Part shown: positions 9,406 through 19,466 of the stretch, one piece after another
How positions within the stretch are numbered: the stretch's first letter is position 1
Layout of the letters: each line of letters begins with the position of its first letter
Program-made: the position numbers and the translations under genes
Notes under the pieces: model-generated
Database searches by the model: none
What the model saw: only the letters and a program-made list of their open reading frames with translations
Told to the model about the DNA's origin: nothing
Assembly: GCA_963810075.1 (NCBI GenBank)
Contig: CAWELZ010000012.1
Coordinates: forward strand, 411,368 to 475,367
Origin: an uncultured Actinomycetes bacterium
GTDB lineage: Bacteria > Actinomycetota > Acidimicrobiia > Acidimicrobiales > Iamiaceae
DNA length: 64,000 bases
Direction: 5' to 3'

Positions 9406-10112
9406 GGTCGGGCCACCCCAGTGGTGCGCACGACGGTCAGCTCTCCGGTCCGGATTGCGCGGGCGAGGTCCACGAGCGCAGGTCCCTCCGGCGCAGCGAC
9501 GCTCAGGGTGAGCTTGGCCGAGTCGCCGAGCGCGTCCTGGTTGGGTTGGCCGACGGCAACGACCTCGAGGTCGTGTCCGACGACCTGGGTGTTGTCGGCA
9601 GCGCCACCATCCGTGCCGTGTCCCCAGGTCACGAGCACGTCCACTTGGTCGCCGACGACGAGGTCGCCGGCGGCGGCGCGCTCGGGCTCGATCGAGAACG
9701 AGAGCAGTGGCCGGCTCCGCGCCCGCTCGCCCGACGCGACCGACGCCCGCGAGAGCAGTGCGCCCTGGGGTGTCGCCTGGAGCACGACCGAGCCGACCAG
9801 ATCGCGGTTGGCGGGCAGCGCAGTACCCGCGACCACATCTGGTAGCTCGATCGGCTCGGTCCCGAGGTCGGACGCCCTGAGACGATGACCGGGTGTCAAG
9901 GCCCGACGGGTCACGAAGTAGCTGGTTGCCGGCACGGTCGAGCGGGGTCGGGTCGCGGCGAACAGCCCGAGCGCCGCACAGGCGACCAGTACCCCGCCGA
10001 GCAGCGCCCGACCACCCGGAAGTCTGCGTCCGGGGTCGACGACCCGCGGCGGGACGTCCGTCGACGGCGATGCCGACGAGGTGCCGTCGGAGCTGAGCAG
10101 GGTCGAGGTCAC
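9402..10112 (-). CDS. cpaB: CpaB/RcpC Flp pilus assembly protein (SAF domain)
   Basis: The 236-aa ORF has an N-terminal TM helix (ALLGGVLVACAALGLFAA) followed by a SAF-like beta domain. It overlaps the tadZ start and is the first gene of the tad operon. Confidence 0.6.
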   Translation of the reverse strand: MTSTLLSSDGTSSASPSTDVPPRVVDPGRRLPGGRALLGGVLVACAALGLFAATRPRSTVPATSYFVTRRALTPGHRLRASDLGTEPIELPDVVAGTALPANRDLVGSVVLQATPQGALLSRASVASGERARSRPLLSFSIEPERAAAGDLVVGDQVDVLVTWGHGTDGGAADNTQVVGHDLEVVAVGQPNQDALGDSAKLTLSVAAPEGPALVDLARAIRTGELTVVRTTGVARP

Positions 10113-10303
10113 GGTGGGCGAGCTCCCTGAGGGTGGAGGCGACCGTTCGCTCTTACCGCGACCGCTGCGATCTCAAACCTTTGGGGCCCGCAGCCGTAGG
10201 TGGCCCTCACCAGCGGCTTCGTCTTCAGTGAGGCGTGGAAGGGAAGGATGTCGTCGGATCTGTGTGGAAGACTCCGATCGCGGAACACGGAGAGGAAGCA
10301 CGG

Positions 10304-12340
10304 ATGAACGGGTTGTCGACGCAGAGCGACGGCGAAGTCGAGGGTGGCCCCAGGTTGGGGTCGCTCCCGATCAGGGGTGGGGTCCTCGCGGCGGTGCTGG
10401 TGCTGTTGGGCACGCTGATCGTCTTCGGGTCGCCGAATGCCGGGAGCGCCGCGCCGGGGCTCAGCGGGGTGGTCGAATCTGGTGGTACCCCGCTCGACGG
10501 GTACGACGTCACGCTGTACCGGACCGTTCCCGACGGTGCGCCGGTGAAGGTGGGCAGCGCGGCGACCGACTCGTCGGGGGCGTTCACGATCCCAGATGGG
10601 CCAGAGGTCGCGGGTGGCGTCTTCTACGTGCTCGCACGCTCCGGGACGAACACGCCGGTCCACGACTCCGTGACGCTTGCCGCGGTGCTCGGACCCCGAG
10701 CGCGGTGGGTCCGTGACGATCAACCCGCTGACGACCGTGGCCACCGCGTACGCGATGGCGCAGTTCCTCCACGACGGCGTGATCACCGGTCCGCAGATCG
10801 GCGTCGCCAACGCCGCGTCCATGGCGCCCAACGTCGCCGACCCGCTGACGGGTGTGATCGGCCACGTGCTCAACACCTCGCCGAACGGCACCGAGACGAC
10901 CGCGGTCAAGACCTTCAACTCGCTCGCCAACCTGGTCGCGGCCTGCGTGGCGAGCGCGGTCGACTGCGACGCGATGCGGACCGCCGCAACCCCGGCTGGG
11001 GGCACGAAGCCCGCCGACTCGCTCCAGGCGCTGCGCAACGTGGTGGTCGACCCGAGCCACAACGTCCTCGACTTCTACGGCCTCGCCCAGAACGGGCCGA
11101 CGCCGTATGCGCCGGCCCGCACCACCCCGCCCGATGCGTGGACCCTCGCGCTGCGCTTCGACGGCGACGGCACGAACCTGGAAGGGCCGGGCAACTTCGC
11201 GCTCGACCACGACGGCAACATGTGGGTGCTGACCAACTACACCTACGCTGCGCCCGACGATCTCGCCTGCTACAGCAACGAGATCGTCCGGTTCTCGCCC
11301 AACGGGTCGTACTACCCGGGCTCGCCGTACGTCGGCGGTGGCCTCAGCGGCGCCGGGTACGGCATCGACATCGACCGCTACGGCGACGTGTGGGCATCGA
11401 ACTTCGGATTCGGGGCCACCGAGTGCGCAAACCAGCCGCCCCACAACACGCTGTCGCGCTTCACCGCGGACGGCACGGTCGTCTCGCCGCCCGAGGGCTA
11501 CACGATCAAGGGCGCCGACTGGCCCCAGGGCATGCAGTTCGACTCCAAGGGCACCCTGTGGGTCGCGAACTGCCAGAGCGACAACGTCACCTACATGCCG
11601 GACGGCGATCCTTCGAAGAGGCGCGCACGCTCGACGACCTCGGCGTCAAGAAGCCCTTCGACGTGGCATTCGGTTCGGACGGCAACACCTACGTCACCGG
11701 CACCGAGTCGAGCAACGTGGCCGTGGTCTCACCGGATGGAACGCCGGTGGGCTCGCCGCTGACCGGCTTCGACAAGCCGATGGGGATCACCTCGGACGCG
11801 ACCGGCGCGCTCTGGGTCTCGAACTCCGGTCTCATCGACCTGCCGTGCCCCACGAAGAACGTCTCGGCGACGCCGCCCCCCTCGGTCGGGTACATCAACC
11901 CGGCCACCGGCGAGCGTGCCACCTACAAGGGTGGCGGGCTCGTGATCCCGTGGGGGATCACCGTCGACGGGCACGACAACGTGTGGGTGTCGAACTTCGG
12001 CGGCGGTCGCCTCTCGGGCTTCTGCGGGCGCGACAACTCGCCCTGGTGCCCCGCGGGCGACAAGAAGGGTGACCCGCTCTCGCCGGACATCACCGGCTAC
12101 AGCTTCGACGGGCTGCGGCGAGCCACCGCGGTCAAAGCGGACACCGCGGGCAACATGTGGGTCACCAACAACTGGAAAGAAGTACCGACCGAGCAGAACC
12201 CGGGTGGCTATGAGGTGGTCGTGTTCCTCGGCATCGCCGGCCCGGTGCAGCCGCCGGCCCCCGAGCCAAAGCCGGCGCCCACACCTGCGCCGGCGGCGCC
12301 GGCAACGCCGGTCGTCGCCGCTCCCAAGTTCACCGGCTGA
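10304..12340 (+). pseudogene. Secreted NHL-repeat beta-propeller protein with an N-terminal carboxypeptidase-regulatory-like domain and a C-terminal Pro/Ala-rich tail. It is interrupted by two frameshifts.
   Basis: The ATG at 10304 is preceded by the RBS GGAGAGGAAG. A signal/TM segment (VLAAVLVLLGTLIVFG) follows. Frame 1 runs to about 10695, where a shift at a cccc run passes into ORF 10677..11762 (GDVWASNFG, GTLWVANCQ and GNMWVLT blades). A second shift at about 11610 returns to frame 1 (GNTYVTG, GALWVSNSG, DNVWVSNFGGG, GNMWVTNNW blades). The C-terminus ends PPAPEPKPAPTPAPAAPATP. Confidence 0.55.
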
Positions 12341-12358
12341 CCGTCCCGGGGCTCCACC

Positions 12359-13186
12359 TCACGGGTCGGTGGTGCGCTCCTGCAGCGCCGCGAGGGCTGC
12401 GGCGGCGGCCGCGGTCAGCGGGCCGGGGGCGTGGGGGACCCGTCGGCCGTCGATCGTCTCGACCGGGTGGACGTCTCGGGTCGACGACGTGAGGAACACC
12501 TCGTCCGCTCGGGCGAGGTCGTCGAGGGTGAGGTCGTCCCGTTCGTCGACCTCGACCAGCTCCAGCAGCAGCTCCCGGGTCATCCCGCCGAGGCACCCGT
12601 TGCGCAGCGACGGGGTGCACAACCGCCCGTCCACGACCAGGAGGACGTTGCTCGCCGTGCCCTCGCTGAGGTGGCCTCGGGTATCGGTCATCAGCGCCTC
12701 GTCGGCGCCGAGGGCGAGCGCCTTGCGTCGGGCCAGCACGTTGTCGACGTAGGAGGTCGTCTTGGCGCCCACCGACGGCGCCCGCTCGTTGCGCACGTGG
12801 GGCGACACGACCACGTGCGCGGTGGGCGGCCAGGGCTGGGTCGTCTCGCCGTGCACCACGACGTGCGGCGGCGAGCCGGCATCCCGCGCGCCGACCAGCG
12901 TGATGCGCACCCGGGTGGCGCTCGGCGTCACGGCGAGCACCTCGGACACCGCGGCCCGGAGCTCGTCGTCGGTGGCGGGAACCTCCAGCTCGACCGTCGC
13001 CGCGCTCTGGCGCAGCCGCACCAGGTGCCGCCGGATCGCGAAGGCCTCGCCGCGCAGGACCTTCATCGACTCGAAGACCCCGGTCCCCGTGAGTACGCCG
13101 ACGGCCAGCGCGTCGACCTTCGCGTCGGTGTCCGCCACCAGCGCTCCGTCGACCCAGGCCTTCCCCATCGGTTGCACGCTACCCAT
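12359..13186 (-). CDS. pabC: Aminodeoxychorismate lyase / class IV aminotransferase family
   Basis: A fold-type IV PLP enzyme signature is present (EVFLTSSTRDVHPVETIDG, GVFESMKV). The start MGSVQPMGKAW at 13186 overlaps the pabB stop. An alternative start lies at 13168. Confidence 0.6.
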   Translation of the reverse strand: MGSVQPMGKAWVDGALVADTDAKVDALAVGVLTGTGVFESMKVLRGEAFAIRRHLVRLRQSAATVELEVPATDDELRAAVSEVLAVTPSATRVRITLVGARDAGSPPHVVVHGETTQPWPPTAHVVVSPHVRNERAPSVGAKTTSYVDNVLARRKALALGADEALMTDTRGHLSEGTASNVLLVVDGRLCTPSLRNGCLGGMTRELLLELVEVDERDDLTLDDLARADEVFLTSSTRDVHPVETIDGRRVPHAPGPLTAAAAAALAALQERTTDP

Positions 13187-14215
13187 CACCGGCGGCCGGG
13201 CTCGCCTTCGTCGGGCGCCTCGGCGAGGGGGATCAGGCGGGACGCCTTGAGCTCGGTCTCGGCCCATTCGCCGGCGGGGTCCGATCCCCAGGTGATCCCG
13301 CCGCCGGTGCCGAAGTGCAGCTCGCCCTCGTCGAACCAGAAGGTTCGGATCGCCACGTTCAGCGATGCGGTGACCCGGTCGGCGTCGACCCAGCCGAGCG
13401 CGCCGCAGTACGGGCCGCGGGGGAGCGGCTCGAGCTCATCGATCACCTGCAGCGCCGCCACCTTGGGCGCGCCGGTCACCGACCCCGGGGGGAACGTGGC
13501 ATCGAGGATCTCGGGCCAGGTGACGTCCCGGCGCAGCGTGCCCTCGACGGTGGAGACGAGGTGGGCCAGGCCGGGGTGCTCCTCGACCGCGCACAGGGCG
13601 GGCACGCGCACGGTGCCCCACTCGCATAACGCGGCCCAGGTCGTTGCGCACCAGGTCGACGATCATGACGTTCTCGGCGCGGTCCTTGGCGAGGAAGCCG
13701 TCGGGTCGGGCAGCGGTGCCCTTGATCGGCGACGAGCAGATCCGTCGGCCGGATCGTGACAAGAACCGCTCCGGCGAAGCGGACGCCACGTGCACGTCGA
13801 CGTGGGGGATCCGCATCACCGCGGAGAAGGGTGCGGGATTGCCGATCGCCAGCGCGGCCCCGAGCGCCGCGACGTCGGCCCGGTCCGGCAGCGGGGCCGA
13901 GAGTCGCCGGGTCAGGTTCACCTGGTAGACGTCGCCCGCGCCGATGCGCTCGCGGATGTCGGTCACGCCGCGGCGGAACGTCGGTTCGTCGAGCGACGAG
14001 CGCCACGCGGACGCGGCGGCCAAGCCTGGCCAGCGTTGTCCCGACCACGACGGAGCGGGGCGGACCGACGCGAAGCGCGCGCAACACGGTGGTCCGTCGA
14101 AGGGAAGGAGCACCGCCCATGTCCCGCCGGAGTCGAGCGCGGCCAGGTCGGAGGTGACGTCGACCAGGTCGCGGAAGAGCCGTCCGCCCATCACCGCGAG
14201 CGCCGAGGTGGTCAC
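13186..14215 (-). pseudogene. pabB: Aminodeoxychorismate synthase component I (chorismate-binding enzyme), with one frameshift
   Basis: ORF 13436..14215 carries the DVYQVNLTRR and IKGTAARP...MIVDLVRNDLGRV motifs, then turns Arg-rich. ORF 13186..13611 continues in another frame with PPGSVTGAPK...GGGITWGSDPAGEWAE. The junction is at about 13625-13640. Confidence 0.6.
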
Positions 14216-14313
14216 CCGAGCCCCGTCCTCTGTCTTGCGAGCCGCAGTGATCCGATTGGTGCTGATGGCATCGAAGGGTCCGAAATCGCACGGGAGCGCG
14301 TTAGGATGCGACC

Positions 14314-14550
14314 ATGACCACCGACAACATCCGTTGGTTGAGCACGGCCGAGGCGGCCAAGCGCCTCGGCGTCACGTCGCGGACCCTCTACCGGTTCATC
14401 GACGAGAACCAGCTCGCGGCGTACCGCTTCGGACGGGTGATCAGGCTCAAGCAGGAAGACGTCGACGCGTACATCGAGACGTGTCGCATCGAGCCGGGAT
14501 CGCTCGAGCACCTCTACCCCGAACCGGTCACGCCGAACCCGGATCGCTGA
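14314..14550 (+). CDS. Helix-turn-helix DNA-binding protein (excisionase/MerR-like HTH)
   Basis: The 78-aa ORF carries AEAAKRLGVTSRTLYRFIDENQLAAYRFGRVIRLKQEDVDAYI. The opposite strand is Ser/Thr/Arg-rich. Confidence 0.65.
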   Translation: MTTDNIRWLSTAEAAKRLGVTSRTLYRFIDENQLAAYRFGRVIRLKQEDVDAYIETCRIEPGSLEHLYPEPVTPNPDR

Positions 14551-14671
14551 ACCCGAAGTTCCTACGGGCCGTTTGACGGCCGACGGGCGTGCAGCGCGGC
14601 GCGTGCGGCGCGAGGATGGTTCCACGACCCCCCTGCCGTCCGGTGTCGGGTCGGCCCGAAAGGGGGCAATC

Positions 14672-15109
14672 ATGAACGTTGCCGGCATCCTCTCCGACAA
14701 GGGATCCGAGGTGGCGACGATCTCGCCCGACCGCCCCGTCCTCGAGGCGATCGCACTGCTAGACGAGCAGCGCATCGGTGCGCTGGTCGTCTCGCGCGAT
14801 GGTCGCGTCATCGACGGGCTCATCTCCGAACGCGACGTCGTGCGCATCCTCGCCGGAGATGGCGCGCCTGCACTGCAGGAACCGGTGCAGGCCGTGATGT
14901 CGACGACCGTGCACACCTGCCGTGCGACCGACCGCGCCGACGGGCTCATGGCGCGCATGACCGAGAAGCGGGTCCGCCATCTCCCGGTCGTCGACGCGGA
15001 CGACCACCTGTGCGGCATCGTGAGCATCGGTGACGTCGTCAAGAACCGCGTCATCGAGCTCGAGGCCGAGCACGACCAACTCGTGGAGTACGTGCGCACC
15101 GGGCGGTGA
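14672..15109 (+). CDS. CBS-domain pair protein
   Basis: The start MNVAGILSDKG at 14672 is preceded by agggggcaatc. Two CBS-like repeats are present (VVSRDGRVIDGLISERDVVR and LPVVDADDHLCGIVSIGDVV). Confidence 0.6.
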   Translation: MNVAGILSDKGSEVATISPDRPVLEAIALLDEQRIGALVVSRDGRVIDGLISERDVVRILAGDGAPALQEPVQAVMSTTVHTCRATDRADGLMARMTEKRVRHLPVVDADDHLCGIVSIGDVVKNRVIELEAEHDQLVEYVRTGR

Positions 15110-15139
15110 TCGACCGCGCTGCCGGCGGCGCCTCTGCCG

Positions 15140-15700
15140 TCACCCGACGACCAGTTCGGCGATCGACGCGACGGGAACGTACGCGGCCTGGGGCGGGCTG
15201 CCCTCGACCTGGAGACGGACGACGTCGAGCCCGGCGGTGCGCAGCTCGCCGCGCACCGCGTGCCCGCCCATCGTGACGACCAGCACCTGGGGCCGGTCGA
15301 TCGCCATGGTGGGCAGCACCTCGGCGAGACCGACGTCGAGCTCGTCGGCGCGGTCGCCCGTGACCGTCGCGTCGGCGGGGATCCTCACGAGGTCGATCGC
15401 GCGGGTGGCGACCACGGTCTCGAACCCGTGGCCGTCGGTGCTCGCCAACACCGCGAAGTCGCGCCCTACCGCTCGGATCCGCGCCCGGTGCTGCCGGTCG
15501 GCGACCGTCGACACCACGACCGGCGCGCCGCGCTCGCCCAGGTCGCGCAGCACCCCGCCGATCGAGGCCTCCTCGGCGGCCTGGTCGACCAGGGCCCGCT
15601 CGTGCCGTCGCGCGGCCGCCGCCGCGTCGAAGCGGGACTCGGCCACCCAGGCGTCGAGTGCGTCGTCGGGGATCCCGTCGGGGTGCGAGAAGTCGCTCAC
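15140..15700 (-). CDS. Hypothetical protein
   Basis: The ORF frame is 15140..15841. The upstream portion overlaps the phoH start, so the true start is probably the internal GTG near 15700 (VSDFSHPDG...). No family was recognised. Confidence 0.3.
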   Translation of the reverse strand: MSDFSHPDGIPDDALDAWVAESRFDAAAAARRHERALVDQAAEEASIGGVLRDLGERGAPVVVSTVADRQHRARIRAVGRDFAVLASTDGHGFETVVATRAIDLVRIPADATVTGDRADELDVGLAEVLPTMAIDRPQVLVVTMGGHAVRGELRTAGLDVVRLQVEGSPPQAAYVPVASIAELVVG

Positions 15701-15763
15701 AGGCGGTGAGGGTAGGGCAGGGCTGACGATTCGGGCCGCGTCAGCATCTACGCTGGAGGGTGC

Positions 15764-16730
15764 GTGAGTCCCACCCAGACCGTCATCACTGTCGGCGACA
15801 CCCATGACATGGCCGCCCTCGTCGGGACCGCTGATGCACACCTGCGTCAGATCGAGGGCGCGTTCACCGAGACCGACGTGCTCGTCCGCGGCAACGAGAT
15901 CACCCTCGGCGGCCCCGAAGCCGAGCCGCGTCGCGGCCCTCTTCCGCTCGTTGATCGCCCTCGTGGAGTCCGGTCACGTGCTCGATGCGGCCACCGTCGC
16001 CCGTTCGATCGAGATGATCCGTGCCGACGAGGTGCCGATCGACGTGCTCACCTCGAGCGTGCTGCACGCTCCCGGCGGACGTGTCGTGCGACCGAAGTCG
16101 ACCGGGCAGAAGCGCTACGTCGACGCCATCGCCGACAACGTCATCACCTTCGGTCTCGGCCCAGCCGGCACGGGCAAGAGCTGGCTGGCGGTCGCCTCCG
16201 CGGTGCAGGCCCTGCAGGCGAAGCACGTCGACCGCATCATCCTGACCCGTCCGGCGGTCGAGGCCGGCGAGCGGCTGGGCTTCCTGCCCGGCGACCTCAT
16301 GGCCAAGGTCGACCCGTACCTGCGGCCGCTCTACGACGCGCTCTCGGACTTGCTCGAGCCCGAGGGCCTGGCCCGGCTGCTCGAACGGGACGCCATCGAG
16401 GTGGCGCCGCTCGCGTTCATGCGGGGGCGCACCCTGAACCGCAGCTTCATCATCCTGGACGAGGCGCAGAACACCACGACCGAGCAGATGAAGATGTTCC
16501 TGACCCGCATCGGGTTCGGTTCGCGGGCGGTCATCACCGGCGACACGACCCAGGTCGACGTCGTCGGCGGTCGGAGCGGCCTGGTCGGTCTCGAGCGCGT
16601 GCTCGGCGCCATCGAGGGGATCGCGTTCGTCCACCTGTCGAGCCGTGACGTGGTGCGCCACCGCATCGTCCAGGACATCGTCGACGCGTACGCTCGCGCC
16701 GAGGTCGACGACATCGCGGGGAGCGCCTGA
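15764..16730 (+). pseudogene. phoH: PhoH-like ATPase, with one frameshift near the N-terminus
   Basis: ORF 15764..16648 carries the N-terminal KH-like part ([39 protein letters not shown]). From about 15925 the protein continues in ORF 15804..16730 with the P-loop LGPAGTGKS and the PhoH core. Confidence 0.65.
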
Positions 16731-16732
16731 CG

Positions 16733-17288
16733 ATGGGCCCTTCCCGCAGTGGCCATAGCACCGCCACCGACCGCACCGCACCGCTCGTGGTCGCCATCGA
16801 CGAGCGCGCGTACCCCGACGAGGTGCAAGTCGACGTCGACCGCTGGTCCGACCTGGCACGTCGGGCGCTCGTGGAGCTGGGGATCGTCGGCTCCGCCGAG
16901 CTCACGCTGACCCTCGTCGACCCGGCGGCCATCGCCGCCCTGAACGCCGAGCACCTCGGCGGTACCGGACCGACCGACGTCCTCTCGTTCCCCATCGACG
17001 GTGCGCCGGCGGGGGAGTCGACGGCTGACGACGCGGGGCAGCCGCACCTGCTCGGCGACGTGGTCATCTGCCCGGAGGTCGCGGCGACCAACGCGCCGGA
17101 CCACGCCGGAACCCTCGACGACGAGCTGGCCCTGCTGGTCGTCCACGGCGTCCTGCACCTGCTCGGGCCACGACCACGGCACGCAGGCCGAGGCGCGCGC
17201 CATGCGCGCACAGGAGGTCGACCTGCTGGCGCGCCTGCACGGGCCGGTCGGCGTGGGCACCGAGATGCCGATCGAGGAGGCCGGGTGA
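16733..17288 (+). pseudogene. ybeY: rRNA maturation RNase YbeY, with a one-base frameshift
   Basis: The N-terminal 140 aa are in the 16733 frame up to VHGVLHLLG. The metal-binding HDHG...E motif and the C-terminus (GHDHGTQAEARAMRAQEVDLLARLHG) are in ORF 17001..17288. There is an extra c in gggccacgac at about 17168. Confidence 0.65.
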
Positions 17289-17296
17289 TCCTCGCC

Positions 17297-18601
17297 ATGA
17301 CCGACGCCACGCTCGACGTGGTGATCATCATCTCGATCTTCGTGCTGCTGGTCGTCCAGGCGTTCCTCGCGCTCGCCGAGACGGCGCTCACCCGGATGGG
17401 CCGGAACCGCGCCCACGGGCACCTCGAGGCCGGCCACCGCGGCTCGAAGCGCCTCATGGAGCTCGTCGAGGACCCGGCCCGCTTCCTCAACTCGCTGCTG
17501 CTGGTGGTCCTCATCTGCCAGACCGTCCAGACCGCGCTGACCACGCTGATCGCCGAGCGCCTCTTCGGGGCGGCGGGAGTGGTCGTCGCGCTGGTCCTGA
17601 ACGTGGCCCTGGTCTTCGTGCTGAGCGAGGCCGCGCCCAAGACGTGGGCGGTCCAGCACCCCGACGCCGCCGCGCTGCGGGCCGCGGGGCCGGTCTGGGC
17701 CCTCACGCGCTTCTGGCCGCTGCGCCTCGTGGCCCGCGCCCTGATCGGCATCACCAACGTCGTCCTCCCCGGCAAGGGCCTCGAGCAGGGGCCGTTCGTG
17801 TCCGAGGAGGAGCTGCTGGCGCTGGCCGACCAGGCGGCCGAGGCCGACGTGATCGAGGACGACGAGCGTGCCTACATCGCGCGGGTCATCGAGTTCGGCG
17901 ACACCGTCACCCGCGAGGTCATGGTGCCCCGACCCGACATGGTCACCGTCGAGCGAAGCATGCGAGTGGCCGACGCCATGGAGATCGTGTTGCTCAACGG
18001 CTACAGCCGCGTCCCGGTCTACGACGGCGACATCGACGACATCGCGGGCGTGCTCTACGCCAAGGACCTCATGCGCGCCGAGCGGAACGGCCACTCGGAC
18101 GAGCCCGTCGCGGAGGTGGTGCGGCCCGCGCACTTCGTCCCGGAGTCCAAGCGCGTCGCCGAGCTGCTGCGCGAGATGCAGGACGAGAAGTTCCACATGG
18201 CGGTCGTCATCGACGAGTACGGCAGCACCGCCGGCCTGGTCACCCTCGAGGACCTGATCGAGGAGCTGGTCGGCGAGATCGTCGACGAGTTCGACGTGGA
18301 GGACCCGCTCGTCGAGCCCATGCAGGGCGGCGCGCTGCGAGTGGACGGTCGGCTCAGCGTCGACGACGCCAACGAGGTGCTCGGCGGCGGCCTCCCCGAA
18401 GGCGACTGGAACTCGGTCGGTGGGCTCGTGGTCTCCATGCTGGGTCGGGTGCCGGTCGGCGGCGAGATCGTCCGGGTACCCGGCTTCGAGCTGACCGTGG
18501 ACCGCATGCAGGGGCGCCGCATCGCGCGGGTGCGCATCGTGGCGATCGCCGACGCCGACCCCGACATGGTCGGCGGCGAGGCCTCGGGCAACTCCGGATG
18601 A
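17297..18601 (+). CDS. CorC/HlyC-family membrane protein (DUF21 + CBS pair + CorC_HlyC transporter-associated domain)
   Basis: The ATG at 17297 may be preceded by a GTG at 17285 that overlaps the ybeY stop. There are four TM helices, then CBS-like repeats and the C-terminal GRRIARVRIV motif. The stop overlaps the era start (ATGA). Confidence 0.75.
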   Translation: MTDATLDVVIIISIFVLLVVQAFLALAETALTRMGRNRAHGHLEAGHRGSKRLMELVEDPARFLNSLLLVVLICQTVQTALTTLIAERLFGAAGVVVALVLNVALVFVLSEAAPKTWAVQHPDAAALRAAGPVWALTRFWPLRLVARALIGITNVVLPGKGLEQGPFVSEEELLALADQAAEADVIEDDERAYIARVIEFGDTVTREVMVPRPDMVTVERSMRVADAMEIVLLNGYSRVPVYDGDIDDIAGVLYAKDLMRAERNGHSDEPVAEVVRPAHFVPESKRVAELLREMQDEKFHMAVVIDEYGSTAGLVTLEDLIEELVGEIVDEFDVEDPLVEPMQGGALRVDGRLSVDDANEVLGGGLPEGDWNSVGGLVVSMLGRVPVGGEIVRVPGFELTVDRMQGRRIARVRIVAIADADPDMVGGEASGNSG

Positions 18602-19458
18602 GGAGTGGTTTCGTCACGCTCGTGGGTCGACCCAACGTGGGCAAGTCGACGTTGCTGAACCAGATGCTGGGCATCAAGGCATCGATCGTGTCCGACAAGC
18701 CGCAGACGACGCGCACCGCGGTGCGCGGCGTGCTCCACGTCGGTGCCGACGCGTCGGGGGTGGGCGAGGACGCGGAGGTCGTGTTCGTCGACACGCCGGG
18801 CATCCACAAGCCGCGCACACCGCTGGGTGAGCGCCTCAACGCCACGGCGACCGGTGAGCTGGCCGGGGTCGACGTGGTGTGCCTGGTTATCGACGCCACC
18901 GCCCCGCTCGGGCGCGGCGACCGGTTCGTCGCCGGGCGGGTTCCCGAAGACGCGATCGTCGTGGTCAACAAGGTCGACGCCGCCGGCCCGGACGAGGTCC
19001 TCGCCCAGCTCGCAGCGGCCGGTTCGTTGGACCTGAGCGCGTACTTCCCGGTCTCGGCGGTGACCGGCGAAGGCGTCGCGGCGCTGGTTGCCGAGCTGGT
19101 GCGGCGGCTGCCCGACGGTCCGCCCTACTACCCGGAGGGCCAGGTCACCGACGTGCCGGAGGCGTTCTGGGTGGCCGAGCTCGTGCGCGAGCAGCTCCTC
19201 GGGGTGCTCCGCGAGGAGGTGCCGCACTCGATCGCGACGCGGGTCACCGAGTGGGACTGGCCGCACATCCGCTGTGAGATCCTCGTCGAGCGCGAGTCCC
19301 AGAAGGGGATGGTCATCGGCAAGGGCGGATCCGTCCTCAAGGAGGTCGGCACCCGCGTGCGCGGGCAACTGGCAGAGGGCGCCTACCTCGAGCTGTTCGT
19401 CAAGGTCGACAAGGACTGGCAGCGCCACCCGCACCGCTTCGAACGGTACGGGTACTGA
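18598..19458 (+). CDS. era: GTPase Era
   Basis: MRSGFVTLVGRPNVGKSTL (G1), DTPG (G3) and NKVD (G4) motifs are present, with a C-terminal KH domain (MVIGKGGSVLKEV). Confidence 0.85.
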   Translation: MRSGFVTLVGRPNVGKSTLLNQMLGIKASIVSDKPQTTRTAVRGVLHVGADASGVGEDAEVVFVDTPGIHKPRTPLGERLNATATGELAGVDVVCLVIDATAPLGRGDRFVAGRVPEDAIVVVNKVDAAGPDEVLAQLAAAGSLDLSAYFPVSAVTGEGVAALVAELVRRLPDGPPYYPEGQVTDVPEAFWVAELVREQLLGVLREEVPHSIATRVTEWDWPHIRCEILVERESQKGMVIGKGGSVLKEVGTRVRGQLAEGAYLELFVKVDKDWQRHPHRFERYGY

Positions 19459-19466
19459 GCTCGTCG

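Noticed and set aside
8692-9888. 398-aa plus-strand ORF opposite tadZ/cpaB
   Set aside because: It is antisense to homology-supported genes, and its composition is dominated by R, G, A and D with no motifs.
12431-13759. 442-aa plus-strand ORF opposite pabC/pabB
   Set aside because: It is antisense to genes with clear PLP-enzyme and chorismate-binding motifs, and its translation is low complexity.
16331-18196. 621-aa minus-strand ORF across ybeY and the CorC gene
   Set aside because: It is antisense to conserved genes, and its translation is Arg/Gly/Asp-rich.
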